From an uncultured Candidatus Saccharibacteria bacterium (lineage in GTDB: Bacteria > Patescibacteriota > Minisyncoccia > Phycocordibacterales > Zambryskibacteraceae), in assembly GCA_964582295.1 (NCBI GenBank), contig CAZOQP010000001.1:148754-212753 (forward strand): a stretch of 64,000 nucleotides of DNA, in the 5' to 3' direction. Shown here in pieces: positions 1 to 8,194 of the stretch. The translations under genes and the position numbers were made by a program. Numbering within the stretch: the stretch's first letter is position 1; each line of letters starts with the position of its first letter. Below the pieces are notes generated by a model. The model was not told the origin of the DNA. It searched no databases and was given only the letters and a program-made list of their open reading frames with translations.

Positions 1-395
1 GCCGAACCAAGTTCGTTCTCATGTTTCTTGCGGTTTCTCTGTCTGGGGCGTGTGCTACCAGTGCAACGTTCCAGATCACGCCGCCCGGACAGGTCGTGGC
101 GGGGATTCTCGGGTCGAGCCAACTTTACGTGGTCAACAATGTAAAGGACGGCTCGGTAGCGTTTGTCGACATCGTCGATCAATGCCGGAAGATCCACGCG
201 CGTCTTACTATCGGCGCAGATGCATCGATAAGCCCCGGAAGCGTTCCGTGTGTGTATCCGCGCGCGGGAGGCCAGTTCATTTTCACGGCGAAGGGGTACA
301 CTGTGCGGGGGAGCGACACGGTCTACGTCGGCCTCAGTACCAGACACTTCTCCTCGGGCTACAGCGAGTCGTGGGAGATAAATAGTCTTCGTTAA
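1..395 (+). CDS. hypothetical protein, GC-rich, probably 5'-truncated by window edge
   Basis: Open frame runs from base 3 with no upstream stop in window; listed ORF 21..395; GC-rich codon usage unlike neighbours; followed by strong terminator. Confidence 0.3.
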   Translation, partial: RTKFVLMFLAVSLSGACATSATFQITPPGQVVAGILGSSQLYVVNNVKDGSVAFVDIVDQCRKIHARLTIGADASISPGSVPCVYPRAGGQFIFTAKGYTVRGSDTVYVGLSTRHFSSGYSESWEINSLR

Positions 396-405
396 CCCAC
401 AAGAA

Positions 406-454
406 GCAAAAAGTGCGCGAGTTCCTTCAGGAACTCGCGCACTTTTCTTTTTGC
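406..454 (+). terminator. rho-independent terminator-like palindrome
   Basis: gcaaaaagtgcgcgagttcc-ttcag-gaactcgcgcacttttctttttgc, ~20-bp stem followed by T-run. Confidence 0.6.
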
Positions 455-499
455 TGTTTTTTCCTGGCAGCTTGGAGCTTTTGGCTATAAGCTATTCTC

Positions 500-940
500 A
501 TGCCCGCCTTTCTCTCCCGCACCCCGGAAGATCTTCAGAAAATCGCCTCAATGCTCCTTGAGCGCGCTCTAAAGAATGACTCCTCGGAGGCAGCACTCCT
601 CGCTCTTTCCGGTAACTTGGGTGCAGGTAAAACTACTCTCACCCAAGCCCTTGCCCGTGAGCTTCAGATAAAAGATCCTGTGAAAAGCCCCACTTTTCTT
701 ATAATGGAATCGTACCCGGTGAATTACGGCCGTTTCCACCGCTTCATTCATATTGATGCTTACCGCCTGGAGCACCCAAGCGAGCTTGGGAATCTTGGCT
801 TTATGGATCTCCTGAAAGAGGGCGGCAATCTGATAGTTCTTGAGTGGCCGGAAAAAGTTTTGGAGCTGGTGCCGGAATCGGCGGTGCGCGTATCCCTCAC
901 TTTCATAGATGAAAAAACCCGCGAAATAATATGGCACTGA
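500..940 (+). CDS. tsaE: tRNA threonylcarbamoyladenosine biosynthesis ATPase TsaE (YjeE)
   Basis: P-loop GNLGAGKTTLTQALAREL followed by conserved TsaE-like region; stop overlaps polA start. Confidence 0.75.
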   Translation: MPAFLSRTPEDLQKIASMLLERALKNDSSEAALLALSGNLGAGKTTLTQALARELQIKDPVKSPTFLIMESYPVNYGRFHRFIHIDAYRLEHPSELGNLGFMDLLKEGGNLIVLEWPEKVLELVPESAVRVSLTFIDEKTREIIWH

Positions 941-3315
941 AAAAGAAAAGAATAGTTCTTCTGGATACGCATGCGATCATCCACCGCGCTTATCACGCTT
1001 TGCCTGAATTCGCCAATTCAAAAGGCGAACCGACAGGAGCACTTTACGGCCTTATCACAATGCTTATGAAGATCGCGGCCGATCTCAAACCCGATTATAT
1101 TTTGGCTGCGACCGATCTGCCGGACAAAACATATCGCCACGAAGCATACGAGGAATACAAAGCTAAGCGGCCGAAAACTGATGATGCTCTTGTTTCGCAG
1201 ATCGCCCGCGCAAAAGATGTTTTAGAAGCTTTGTGCATTCCCGTTTATTCCGAGCCGGGTTTTGAAGCCGACGACATTCTAGGCACCATGGTTGAAAAGT
1301 TGGAAGATGATAAGTCGCTTGAAATAATCATCGCCTCGGGCGACATGGACACTCTTCAGTTGGTGGAAGGGGAAAGAGTGCGGGTTTTCACTTTGAAAAA
1401 GGGCCTCAATGACACCGTGATGTATGACGAAGAAGGGGTTTTGAAACGCTTCGGATTTTTACCAAAACTCCTGCCTGATTACAAAGGGCTTCGGGGAGAC
1501 CCTTCAGACAACATCATAGGTATCGCCGGTATCGGTGAAAAAACCGCGACCACCCTTATCACCACTTTCGGTTCACTCGAATCTATTTATAAAGTGCTTG
1601 GAAAAGGAGAGGAGAAATTTAGGGCGGCAGGATTGTCTGAGCGCATAGTGAAGCTTTTGAAGGAAGGAAAAGAAGAAGCGGAATTCTCTAAATTGCTTGC
1701 AACTATAAGGAAAGATGCGCCGGTTGATATTCAAATTCCTGAAAAGACCTGGAGAGAGACGCTTAACGTGGGGGTGTTACTGGAATTTTTAAGAAAGATT
1801 GAATTCAGAAGTCTCATACCGCGCGTGGAAAAAGCTTTCGGCGTCTCGCCTCTTTTTGCTGAAGAAAATGAAGAGGAAAGCAAAACTATTGCTCCTCCAT
1901 CAAACATTTCTCCTCAGCTTCTCAAAGAAACGGCTCTGGCTTTATGGATAGTAGATTCAAACATCACCAATCCGAAACTTGAAGACATCCTGGCTTTTGC
2001 GAAAACCGGCTCTTTTGAAGTGGCGCGCGAAAAAATATTTCAGGATCTTAAAAAAATAAACGGAACATTTGTTTTTGAAGAAATGGAAAAGCCGCTCATT
2101 CCGATCGTTGACGAAATGCACACTCACGGCATCCTTATTGATAAAAAAGCTCTTGAAAAACTTTCAGCGGAATATGGGAAAGAAATAAAAGCTCTGGAAA
2201 AAAGAATAATCGCTCTTGCCGGAGAAACATTTAATGTAGCTTCACCCAAACAGCTCGGTATCATTCTTTTTGAAAAGCTCAAGCTGACGCTTCCCCGCAT
2301 CAAAAAAACAGCTACGGGGGCATACAATACCCGCGAGGAGGAGCTGGCGAAACTCGCCGATCAGCATGAAATAATCCCCCTCATACTTGAATACCGCGGG
2401 CTTCAGAAGCTTGTTTCCACATACATTGATGCTATACCGCCTCTTCTTGATAAAGACAATCGCCTGCATGCCACTTTTCTTCAGGCAGGCACCACCACTG
2501 GCCGCATGTCTTCCCAAAATCCTAATCTCCAGAATATTCCTATCAAAAGCGAGCAGGGCAGGCGTATCAGGGAGGCCTTTATTGCCGGAAAGGGGATGAA
2601 ATTACTTTCCTTTGATTACTCGCAAATAGAGCTTCGCATCGCGGCTTTCCTTTCAAAAGATGAGATATTAATGGATGCTTTCCGCCGGGGGGAAGATATT
2701 CATAAAGCCGTTGCGAGCGCGGTCTTTGAAGTGCCACCCGAAAAAGTGGACAAAGAAATGCGCCGCAAGGCCAAGGTCATAAACTTCGGCATTCTTTACG
2801 GCATGGGGGTAAACGCTTTGAAAGCTAATCTCGGCACTTCGCGCGCCGATGCAGAGAAATTTTACAACGAATATTTCGGTAAATTCACAGGTCTTGCGGA
2901 ATATATAGAAAATGCGAAGAAAGAAGCTGCACGCAAAGGTTACACGGAAACTTTGTATGGCAGAAGGCGCAATTTTGAAGGCTTGCGCTCTAAGCTCCCC
3001 TATATTCGTGCAGCTGCCGAACGTATGGCGGTGAATGCGCCTATCCAGGGAACACAATCAGACATTATGAAGCTCGCAATGGTCAGGGTGAACGAGTTTT
3101 TGAAAAAAGAAAAGCTGTCAGACAAAGTGCATTTAATGCTTCAAATACACGATGATCTTGTATTTGAAGCTGATGAAAAGGTGATAGCCGAAGTTGCGCC
3201 TAAAATACGTTCAATAATGGAAAACATAGTTCCTGAAGAAAAACGAGGGAGTGTCCCCATTCCTGTGAATGCATATGAAGGGAAGCATTGGGATGGGATG
3301 GAAGAAATCAAATGA
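931..3315 (+). CDS. polA: DNA polymerase I (5'-3' exonuclease + polymerase domains)
   Basis: N-terminal 5'-3' exo motifs (IVLLDTHAIIHRAYHALP; GIAGIGEKTA), C-terminal Pol A motifs (RRKAKVINFGILYGMG; QIHDDLVFE). Confidence 0.9.
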   Translation: MALKKKRIVLLDTHAIIHRAYHALPEFANSKGEPTGALYGLITMLMKIAADLKPDYILAATDLPDKTYRHEAYEEYKAKRPKTDDALVSQIARAKDVLEALCIPVYSEPGFEADDILGTMVEKLEDDKSLEIIIASGDMDTLQLVEGERVRVFTLKKGLNDTVMYDEEGVLKRFGFLPKLLPDYKGLRGDPSDNIIGIAGIGEKTATTLITTFGSLESIYKVLGKGEEKFRAAGLSERIVKLLKEGKEEAEFSKLLATIRKDAPVDIQIPEKTWRETLNVGVLLEFLRKIEFRSLIPRVEKAFGVSPLFAEENEEESKTIAPPSNISPQLLKETALALWIVDSNITNPKLEDILAFAKTGSFEVAREKIFQDLKKINGTFVFEEMEKPLIPIVDEMHTHGILIDKKALEKLSAEYGKEIKALEKRIIALAGETFNVASPKQLGIILFEKLKLTLPRIKKTATGAYNTREEELAKLADQHEIIPLILEYRGLQKLVSTYIDAIPPLLDKDNRLHATFLQAGTTTGRMSSQNPNLQNIPIKSEQGRRIREAFIAGKGMKLLSFDYSQIELRIAAFLSKDEILMDAFRRGEDIHKAVASAVFEVPPEKVDKEMRRKAKVINFGILYGMGVNALKANLGTSRADAEKFYNEYFGKFTGLAEYIENAKKEAARKGYTETLYGRRRNFEGLRSKLPYIRAAAERMAVNAPIQGTQSDIMKLAMVRVNEFLKKEKLSDKVHLMLQIHDDLVFEADEKVIAEVAPKIRSIMENIVPEEKRGSVPIPVNAYEGKHWDGMEEIK

Positions 3316-4007
3316 TAATCATTTCTTACGGACATACGCGGGGCGAAGTGAGGAAACTTCTGGAAGGAAAAAAACTTCTGAATGTTTCAAATGAAATAAG
3401 GAATATAGACGCCGCTTCATGGGCTCCGGAATCAGTTGATGAAGTAGTAGCTTCGCAAGGACTTTTTTCTTCAGGCGAGGTGTTTTTTGTTGAGCGCGTT
3501 CTTTCGGAGATAGAACCGGCAGAGATAAAAGAAAGAGTAAAAGAGCTTGAAGACTCTCCCAATGTAATAGTTTTCATAGAAGGTGCGCCTCTCAAATCTT
3601 ATGCATTTTTGGAAAAACATTCAGCGCATGTTTTCAAAGCGCCCAAGAAGACCGAGGAGAAAACTTTCAATATTTTTTCTCTTACCGACGCCTTGTTTGA
3701 AAAAGACAGAAAAAAATTGTGGATCTTGTATGAACGCGCGCTGGGGGATATGGCCGATCCTGAAGAAGAAGTGCACCGCATTCTTTTCTGGGGCGTGAAG
3801 ATGCTTGCTCTTGCGAGGGAATATCCGTCGGCAGAAAGTGCCGGCATGAGCCCCTTCGTATACGGAAAAGCTAAAAAAGGTGTCGCTAAATATAAAGAAG
3901 GGGAATTGGAAAAAGTGGCACAGGACCTTACGGAAATGGTCGTGCGTGCCCGCCAAGGAGGCGAAGAATGGGAAATCCTTCTGGAGCAGTTTATTTTGAA
4001 AATTTGA
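3312..4007 (+). CDS. holA: DNA polymerase III delta subunit-like (short HolA)
   Basis: ATG overlaps polA stop (ATGA); C-terminal region IFSLTDALFEKDRKKLWILYERAL resembles delta-subunit C-domain; listed ORF starts at upstream TTG 3288. Confidence 0.5.
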   Translation: MIIISYGHTRGEVRKLLEGKKLLNVSNEIRNIDAASWAPESVDEVVASQGLFSSGEVFFVERVLSEIEPAEIKERVKELEDSPNVIVFIEGAPLKSYAFLEKHSAHVFKAPKKTEEKTFNIFSLTDALFEKDRKKLWILYERALGDMADPEEEVHRILFWGVKMLALAREYPSAESAGMSPFVYGKAKKGVAKYKEGELEKVAQDLTEMVVRARQGGEEWEILLEQFILKI

Positions 4008-4014
4008 TAAGACG

Positions 4015-4038
4015 AAAGGCCGACAATTGTCGGCCTTT
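4015..4038. terminator. perfect palindrome aaaggccgacaattgtcggccttt between convergent genes
   Basis: 24-nt perfect inverted repeat flanked by A/T runs; likely bidirectional terminator. Confidence 0.55.
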
Positions 4039-4046
4039 GTGCGCCT

Positions 4047-4520
4047 TTAGCCCAAAGCGAGATGGATTTGCCCGTCGCGATCTGGAGCCAGTCCAACCGC
4101 CACCAGATCATTGAAGGCCGTAGGTTCAAGACGAATCCGCTTGATCGGTTCTTCGCACTGCAGAACCAAAGCAAGTATTCTTTGGCAGATCATGTTGAAG
4201 ATCCTCTCTTCTTCTCCTGGTATGGCGACCTCGTAGATTGTGAGTGGTCTTCCGTACAAATAGCCATTAATCGTTCTGTTGGTTGCGAAGAGCACATCTT
4301 CCAGGCTCCTCGGAATCTCTCCACGGGTCTGCCCGTTAGTAAAATTGAATTGGAACGAGAGTCCGGTCTTCTTGTCAGTCATCACTCCACTCCCTCGCCA
4401 CTGCCGATAGGTATGCGTGTAATCGTAGTAGTGGTCACTTGTTCCTGACACGTCCCATGAATGGATTGAACCTTCGAGGTACAACTCGTAATCCTCATTT
4501 TCTTGATGAAATGTCTGCAC
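4047..4520 (-). CDS. hypothetical protein (GTG start)
   Basis: 157-aa ORF, GTG start, no recognisable motifs; moderately GC-rich. Confidence 0.35.
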   Translation of the reverse strand: MQTFHQENEDYELYLEGSIHSWDVSGTSDHYYDYTHTYRQWRGSGVMTDKKTGLSFQFNFTNGQTRGEIPRSLEDVLFATNRTINGYLYGRPLTIYEVAIPGEEERIFNMICQRILALVLQCEEPIKRIRLEPTAFNDLVAVGLAPDRDGQIHLALG

Positions 4521-4676
4521 AGGACTGTCCTCCCTTTGGTTTTTAGAAATGAACTATCCCTGATGATTATATCAAAAATACCGTATAAATGTCTGTGCTC
4601 CCGAGAGGAGTAGGTCACAAGTTTAGTTTGTAGCATACTCAATTTATGAAAATTACAATAGTTTTACAAAAAACGA

Positions 4677-4711
4677 GAGCCCCTTGTAGAAGTGAATTCT
4701 ACAAGGGGCTC
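4677..4711 (-). terminator. terminator hairpin downstream of small membrane protein gene
   Basis: gagccccttgtagaa-gtgaa-ttctacaaggggctc with T-run on minus strand. Confidence 0.55.
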
Positions 4712-4729
4712 GTGGTGACGGATTGTCCG

Positions 4730-5002
4730 TCACATGAACAGTTGAACAACCCAGCCGACAGCGATGAATATCATTGGATTGAGGACTCCGGAAGCGAACA
4801 TTTCCTTTTTCTCGTCCTCGTCCCGAGGAATGTGCTGTAGTGTCAGTAAACCGACGGTGATCCCAATGCCAATAGCCTGTACCAGCGAGATTACTGGAAG
4901 GCCGAGCGTAGGGACCATGAACCACCCCCACAACAGCTTCAGTGCCACACCGTTAAGTAAGGCCGACACGATCATCAAGCCAAACAAGCCGAGAGCGACC
5001 AT
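4730..5002 (-). CDS. small hydrophobic membrane protein
   Basis: ATG at 5002 preceded by strong RBS GAGGAGGTG; two to three predicted TM helices; listed ORF extends to TTG at 5041. Confidence 0.5.
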   Translation of the reverse strand: MVALGLFGLMIVSALLNGVALKLLWGWFMVPTLGLPVISLVQAIGIGITVGLLTLQHIPRDEDEKKEMFASGVLNPMIFIAVGWVVQLFM

Positions 5003-5187
5003 CTTGCACCTCCTCAAGGTACTGTGTTTTCTACGGCACAATTACCGCAGAGATTATCGGTTTTTCAGGATTTCGATAATATAGCAAGTATAGCATATTA
5101 TGGTCTGGAAGTCAAGATAAACAAAAAATCAGCATTTCTGCTGTTTTTACCTCAAATCTGCAGTGTGCGCGCTTCGGGAGCGTTCAG

Positions 5188-5228
5188 ATAATATTCATCG
5201 GCAGAATAAATCTGCCGATGAATATTAT
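5188..5228 (-). terminator. terminator hairpin 3' of tRNA-Arg/tRNA-Lys cluster
   Basis: ataatattcatcggcaga-ataaa-tctgccgatgaatattat, 18-bp perfect stem. Confidence 0.5.
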
Positions 5229-5230
5229 AG

Positions 5231-5302
5231 TGCTCCCGAGAGGAATTGAACCTCTATTACAAGCTTCGGAAGCTTGCGTCCTATCCTTTGAACGACGGAA
5301 GC
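5231..5302 (-). tRNA. tRNA-Arg (anticodon CCG)
   Basis: Cloverleaf folded by hand: acceptor GCTTCCG/CGGGAGC, anticodon loop TTCCGAA, T-loop TTCAATT; no encoded CCA. Confidence 0.7.
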
Positions 5303-5312
5303 GGATTGAATG

Positions 5313-5383
5313 TGCCCCCACTAGGAATCGGACCTAGATCAATTGCTTAAAAGGCAACTGCTCTACCATTGAGCTATGAGGGC
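5313..5383 (-). tRNA. tRNA-Lys (anticodon TTT)
   Basis: GCCCTCATAGCTCAATGGTAGAGC...; anticodon loop CTTTTAA; T-arm CTAGG-TCCGATT-CCTAG. Confidence 0.7.
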
Positions 5384-5613
5384 AAAATCTTTTCAAGAAA
5401 CCTTCTCCCCGCTGCTGTTTTAAAGTATTTTTCTCTGTTGCGGGCAGTGTCAAAAGTATCATATTCCTCTTTATATACAACCTTCCACTCCCTCCCGTTT
5501 CTTGTAGAGCGGGTATGTCCACCCTGATGCTCTTTAAGTCTTCTTACGATGTTATTACTAACTCCTTTGTAAAGTTTTCCGTCGCGATTTTTGATTACAT
5601 ATACGGTGTACAT
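5374..5613 (-). CDS. GIY-YIG nuclease domain protein (UPF0213/YhbQ-like)
   Basis: MYTVYVIKNRDGKLYKGVSNN...RRLKEH is a classic GIY-YIG core; C-terminus overlaps tRNA-Lys 5' end by ~10 nt. Confidence 0.7.
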   Translation of the reverse strand: MYTVYVIKNRDGKLYKGVSNNIVRRLKEHQGGHTRSTRNGREWKVVYKEEYDTFDTARNREKYFKTAAGRRFLEKILPS

Positions 5614-5671
5614 TTAGAAGATCTACCATTGAGCCCCGCCTGAATGACTTCAGTCGGGCAGGTATGAGGGC
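5614..5671 (-). repeat. partial duplicate of tRNA-Lys 5' end (positions 1-22) interrupted by a 28-nt hairpin insert
   Basis: GCCCTCATA + [28 nt] + GCTCAATGGTAGA matches tRNA-Lys 5' half, then diverges into GIY-YIG start codon. Confidence 0.6.
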
Positions 5672-5714
5672 GTGCGCTCCAGCTTATAGCTTGAAGCGTA
5701 AAGCTTCAAGGTGT

Positions 5715-6119
5715 TTAAAGCGGCAGGTCAAAGGCCAGGAAGCCGGCACCTGTCAGGAGGAGGGAAATAAGAATGGCGATAATGAGGGTGTAAAAAGTGA
5801 TGTCCCGGGACACGAGCACATCTTCTTTGTATTCCACCAGCCACTCTTTTGCTGTAAGCAGAAGAAGACCTAAGGCGGCGTACTGTGTGAAAAGACCGAG
5901 GATTAAAAGAACGCCGCCGATTATTTCTGCCAGACCGAGCGCCATCGTCCATTCTCTGGCAGGAGCGAAACGGATAGCCCGCATGAATATCATCCATCTT
6001 TCGCGCTCTCGGGTGAGCTTCAAATATCCGGTATTCAGAAATATAAAACCTACCACCAGGCGGAGAAGCAGGGGTGTCAGAAGGCCAAAAGACAGCAGTT
6101 CGGGAAAAGGATTAAGCAT
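5715..6119 (-). CDS. DoxX family membrane protein
   Basis: Four TM helices, DoxX-like hydrophobic pattern. Confidence 0.6.
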   Translation of the reverse strand: MLNPFPELLSFGLLTPLLLRLVVGFIFLNTGYLKLTRERERWMIFMRAIRFAPAREWTMALGLAEIIGGVLLILGLFTQYAALGLLLLTAKEWLVEYKEDVLVSRDITFYTLIIAILISLLLTGAGFLAFDLPL

Positions 6120-6140
6120 TGGTGTATTCTAACATGCACT

Positions 6141-6638
6141 ATGAAACTGGCAGTAATTTTGCTCGATATCAGGAGCTCCGAGAATGCAGGAGCCATTTGC
6201 CGCACGGCTGAATGCGCCGGATTTGCCGAAATGTATTGTGTTGGCACCACGCCTGGTCCCAAAGATCGTTTCGGAAGGGAGAACAAAGCTTTTACAAAAG
6301 CATCTCTCGGTGCTGAGAAAAATATTTTGGTGGAGCACTTCAAAGATTTTTATCCGCTTCTAAAAAAACTCAAAAAACCTGCCCGCCCTGGCGGGCGTTC
6401 GGGCGGGGAGAAGTTCACTGTTGTTGCTCTTGAGCAAAGTAAGAAGGCAATTGATTACAGAAAATTAAAAGTTAAGGGGAATACGGCCGTGATACTCGGC
6501 AACGAAGTTTCAGGCATTCCCGCCGCAGTTCTTTCAAAGGCGGATTATATTGCCCAAATACCTTTGAAAGGTAAAAAGGAATCTCTTAATGTTTCAGTTG
6601 CATTCGGTATTGCCGCTTTTTCTTTGAACGACCGCTAG
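6141..6638 (+). CDS. SpoU-family tRNA/rRNA 2'-O-methyltransferase (TrmH/TrmL-like) carrying in-frame palindromic insert
   Basis: LDIRSSENAGAICRTAECAGF, AVILGNEVSGIP and SLNVSVAFGIA SPOUT motifs; residues KKPARPGGRSGGE encoded by repeat at 6370-6409. Confidence 0.75.
   Translation: MKLAVILLDIRSSENAGAICRTAECAGFAEMYCVGTTPGPKDRFGRENKAFTKASLGAEKNILVEHFKDFYPLLKKLKKPARPGGRSGGEKFTVVALEQSKKAIDYRKLKVKGNTAVILGNEVSGIPAAVLSKADYIAQIPLKGKKESLNVSVAFGIAAFSLNDR
6370..6409 (+). repeat. 40-nt GC-rich palindromic repeat, copy A (in frame within SpoU MTase)
   Basis: tcaaaaaacctgcccgccctggcgggcgttcgggcgggga; identical to reverse complement of 7606-7645. Confidence 0.9.
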
Positions 6639-7204
6639 TCCTTTTTATTATCTTCCGTGATATCTGAAAAACGGTCTCGGGCGAATCGCATACCCACGAT
6701 GTTCACCGCCACAAAAAGAAGAGCGAATACTATGAAGCCGATCTTTATATCTGCCACATGATTTTCAAGTATGGAGAGTGAGCCGACGCTTCGTGCAAGA
6801 AGGAACACAATGATCGCCCACAAGCATGAGCCGAGGAGACTGGCGGCTGCCGCTTTAGGCCAAGGCATTTTGAACATTCCTGCGGCGAGCTGGCTTACCA
6901 TGCCGGTGCCATGAATGAACTTGGACCAAAAAATTATCTTGAATTCGTGCCGTTTGATAGCCCGACCTATTTTATGTAAACGCTCAGGGTCTTTACTTAC
7001 AATCCATAGTTTCTCTACACGTTTTTCTCCCAAGAATCGGGCGGTGAAGAACCAGATAGCATCTGTAATAACGATACCCAGTGTTGATGCGGAAAATATC
7101 CACGGAAGTGATGCTTGTCCGTGGACGCCCAGGTACATTATCGGGATAAGCGCTCCGCTTCCCATAAAACAAATAGTTGCGATGATGATTAGGGGTGAGA
7201 GCAT
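6635..7204 (-). CDS. DedA/SNARE-associated family membrane protein
   Basis: Hydrophobic profile and conserved DedA-like motifs. Confidence 0.6.
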   Translation of the reverse strand: MLSPLIIIATICFMGSGALIPIMYLGVHGQASLPWIFSASTLGIVITDAIWFFTARFLGEKRVEKLWIVSKDPERLHKIGRAIKRHEFKIIFWSKFIHGTGMVSQLAAGMFKMPWPKAAAASLLGSCLWAIIVFLLARSVGSLSILENHVADIKIGFIVFALLFVAVNIVGMRFARDRFSDITEDNKKD

Positions 7205-7229
7205 ATGTTTATAAGCTCATTTTATCCCA

Positions 7230-8168
7230 CTAACTGTATTTTTTCTGGTGAGCGGGACAGAAGTGTCCGCTCCGTTGTCCGAAAAGGCCGCGGGTGATCG
7301 TACCGAAGCATAGACGCTTAGAGCACCGGCTTCCTGTCTTCTGATAAGCATTATGTTTTTCCTGGAATTTCCCGCGTTCGCCTTTTATATTCCTGTAATC
7401 GGACATTGAGTCTCCACCGAAATCTATCCCCGCACGCAGAACTTTTTTCATGGCAGCGTAGAGATTTTTAAGCGCGAGGAGGGGGATGCGGGAGGGGATG
7501 GAGCTTGGGTGAATAGAAGAGAGCCACAGCATCTCATCTGAATAAATATTTCCAACTCCTGCAATGAGTTCCTGGTCCATAAGTGCCTGCTTTATGGGAC
7601 GCGTTTCCCCGCCCGAACGCCCGCCAGGGCGGGCAGGTTTTTTGATTATTTCCGAGAATTTTTGGAAAGAAATCTCCAGCGCATCTGGCCCCAGGTGGGC
7701 AAGCTCCTTATCTTCTCCGAATTCTCCCGTATCAATAAGAGTTACTGTTGCGAATTTGCGCATATCCGAGAAAGCCAGGTGTTTTCCGCCAGATAGAATG
7801 AACACAAGATGAAGAAAGCGATTGAAAGGATCGGCGAGAGGCCCTTTTTCCATTGGCGCCCATGTATTTTCGGATCTTTTGAATTTGAATTTTCCGAAAA
7901 GCAGATGCCCTGTCATTTTCATATGTATGAGGATGGTTTTCTTGCCTGCCAATTCCACTAGAATGTTCTTGCCTCGGCGTCTGGCACGAAGAATTTTTTG
8001 GCCGGATATTTCTTTTTTGAATTTTTTGAAAAAGAGGGGATTTTTTACATTGTCTTTGCCTATATAAAACGGGCTGTTGTAATCTGTCCAGACATCCAAT
8101 ATCCGCCGACCCTTAACGGTTTCGTTTAGTCCATCCACGGTCGTCTGCACTTCAGGAAGTTCGGGCAT
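7230..8168 (-). CDS. fpg: formamidopyrimidine-DNA glycosylase (Fpg/MutM) carrying in-frame palindromic insert
   Basis: N-terminal MPELPEVQT, H2TH region, C-terminal zinc finger; residues KKPARPGGRSGGE encoded by repeat at 7606-7645. Confidence 0.8.
   Translation of the reverse strand: MPELPEVQTTVDGLNETVKGRRILDVWTDYNSPFYIGKDNVKNPLFFKKFKKEISGQKILRARRRGKNILVELAGKKTILIHMKMTGHLLFGKFKFKRSENTWAPMEKGPLADPFNRFLHLVFILSGGKHLAFSDMRKFATVTLIDTGEFGEDKELAHLGPDALEISFQKFSEIIKKPARPGGRSGGETRPIKQALMDQELIAGVGNIYSDEMLWLSSIHPSSIPSRIPLLALKNLYAAMKKVLRAGIDFGGDSMSDYRNIKGERGKFQEKHNAYQKTGSRCSKRLCFGTITRGLFGQRSGHFCPAHQKKYS
7606..7645 (-). repeat. 40-nt GC-rich palindromic repeat, copy B (in frame within Fpg)
   Basis: Reverse complement identical to 6370-6409. 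Confidence 0.9.
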
Positions 8169-8194
8169 TTTTGGGGTCTTTAAATTGGCCTACG

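Noticed and set aside
569-996. Minus-strand ORFs 569-937 and 760-996
   Set aside because: Fully overlapped by the well-supported tsaE and polA genes on the + strand; no motifs; antisense artefacts.
3599-4174. Minus-strand ORFs 3599-4174 and 3621-3956
   Set aside because: Antisense to the holA-like gene; low-complexity translation; no RBS.
5614-5671. Possible second complete tRNA (or intron-containing tRNA) upstream of the GIY-YIG gene
   Set aside because: Only positions 1-22 of tRNA-Lys are present, interrupted by 28 nt; no anticodon or T-arm follows. Treated as a partial duplicate, not a gene.
5690-5710. Hairpin cttgaag-cgtaaag-cttcaag downstream of the DoxX gene as a terminator
   Set aside because: Stem is short and no U-run follows on the transcribed strand; too weak to call.
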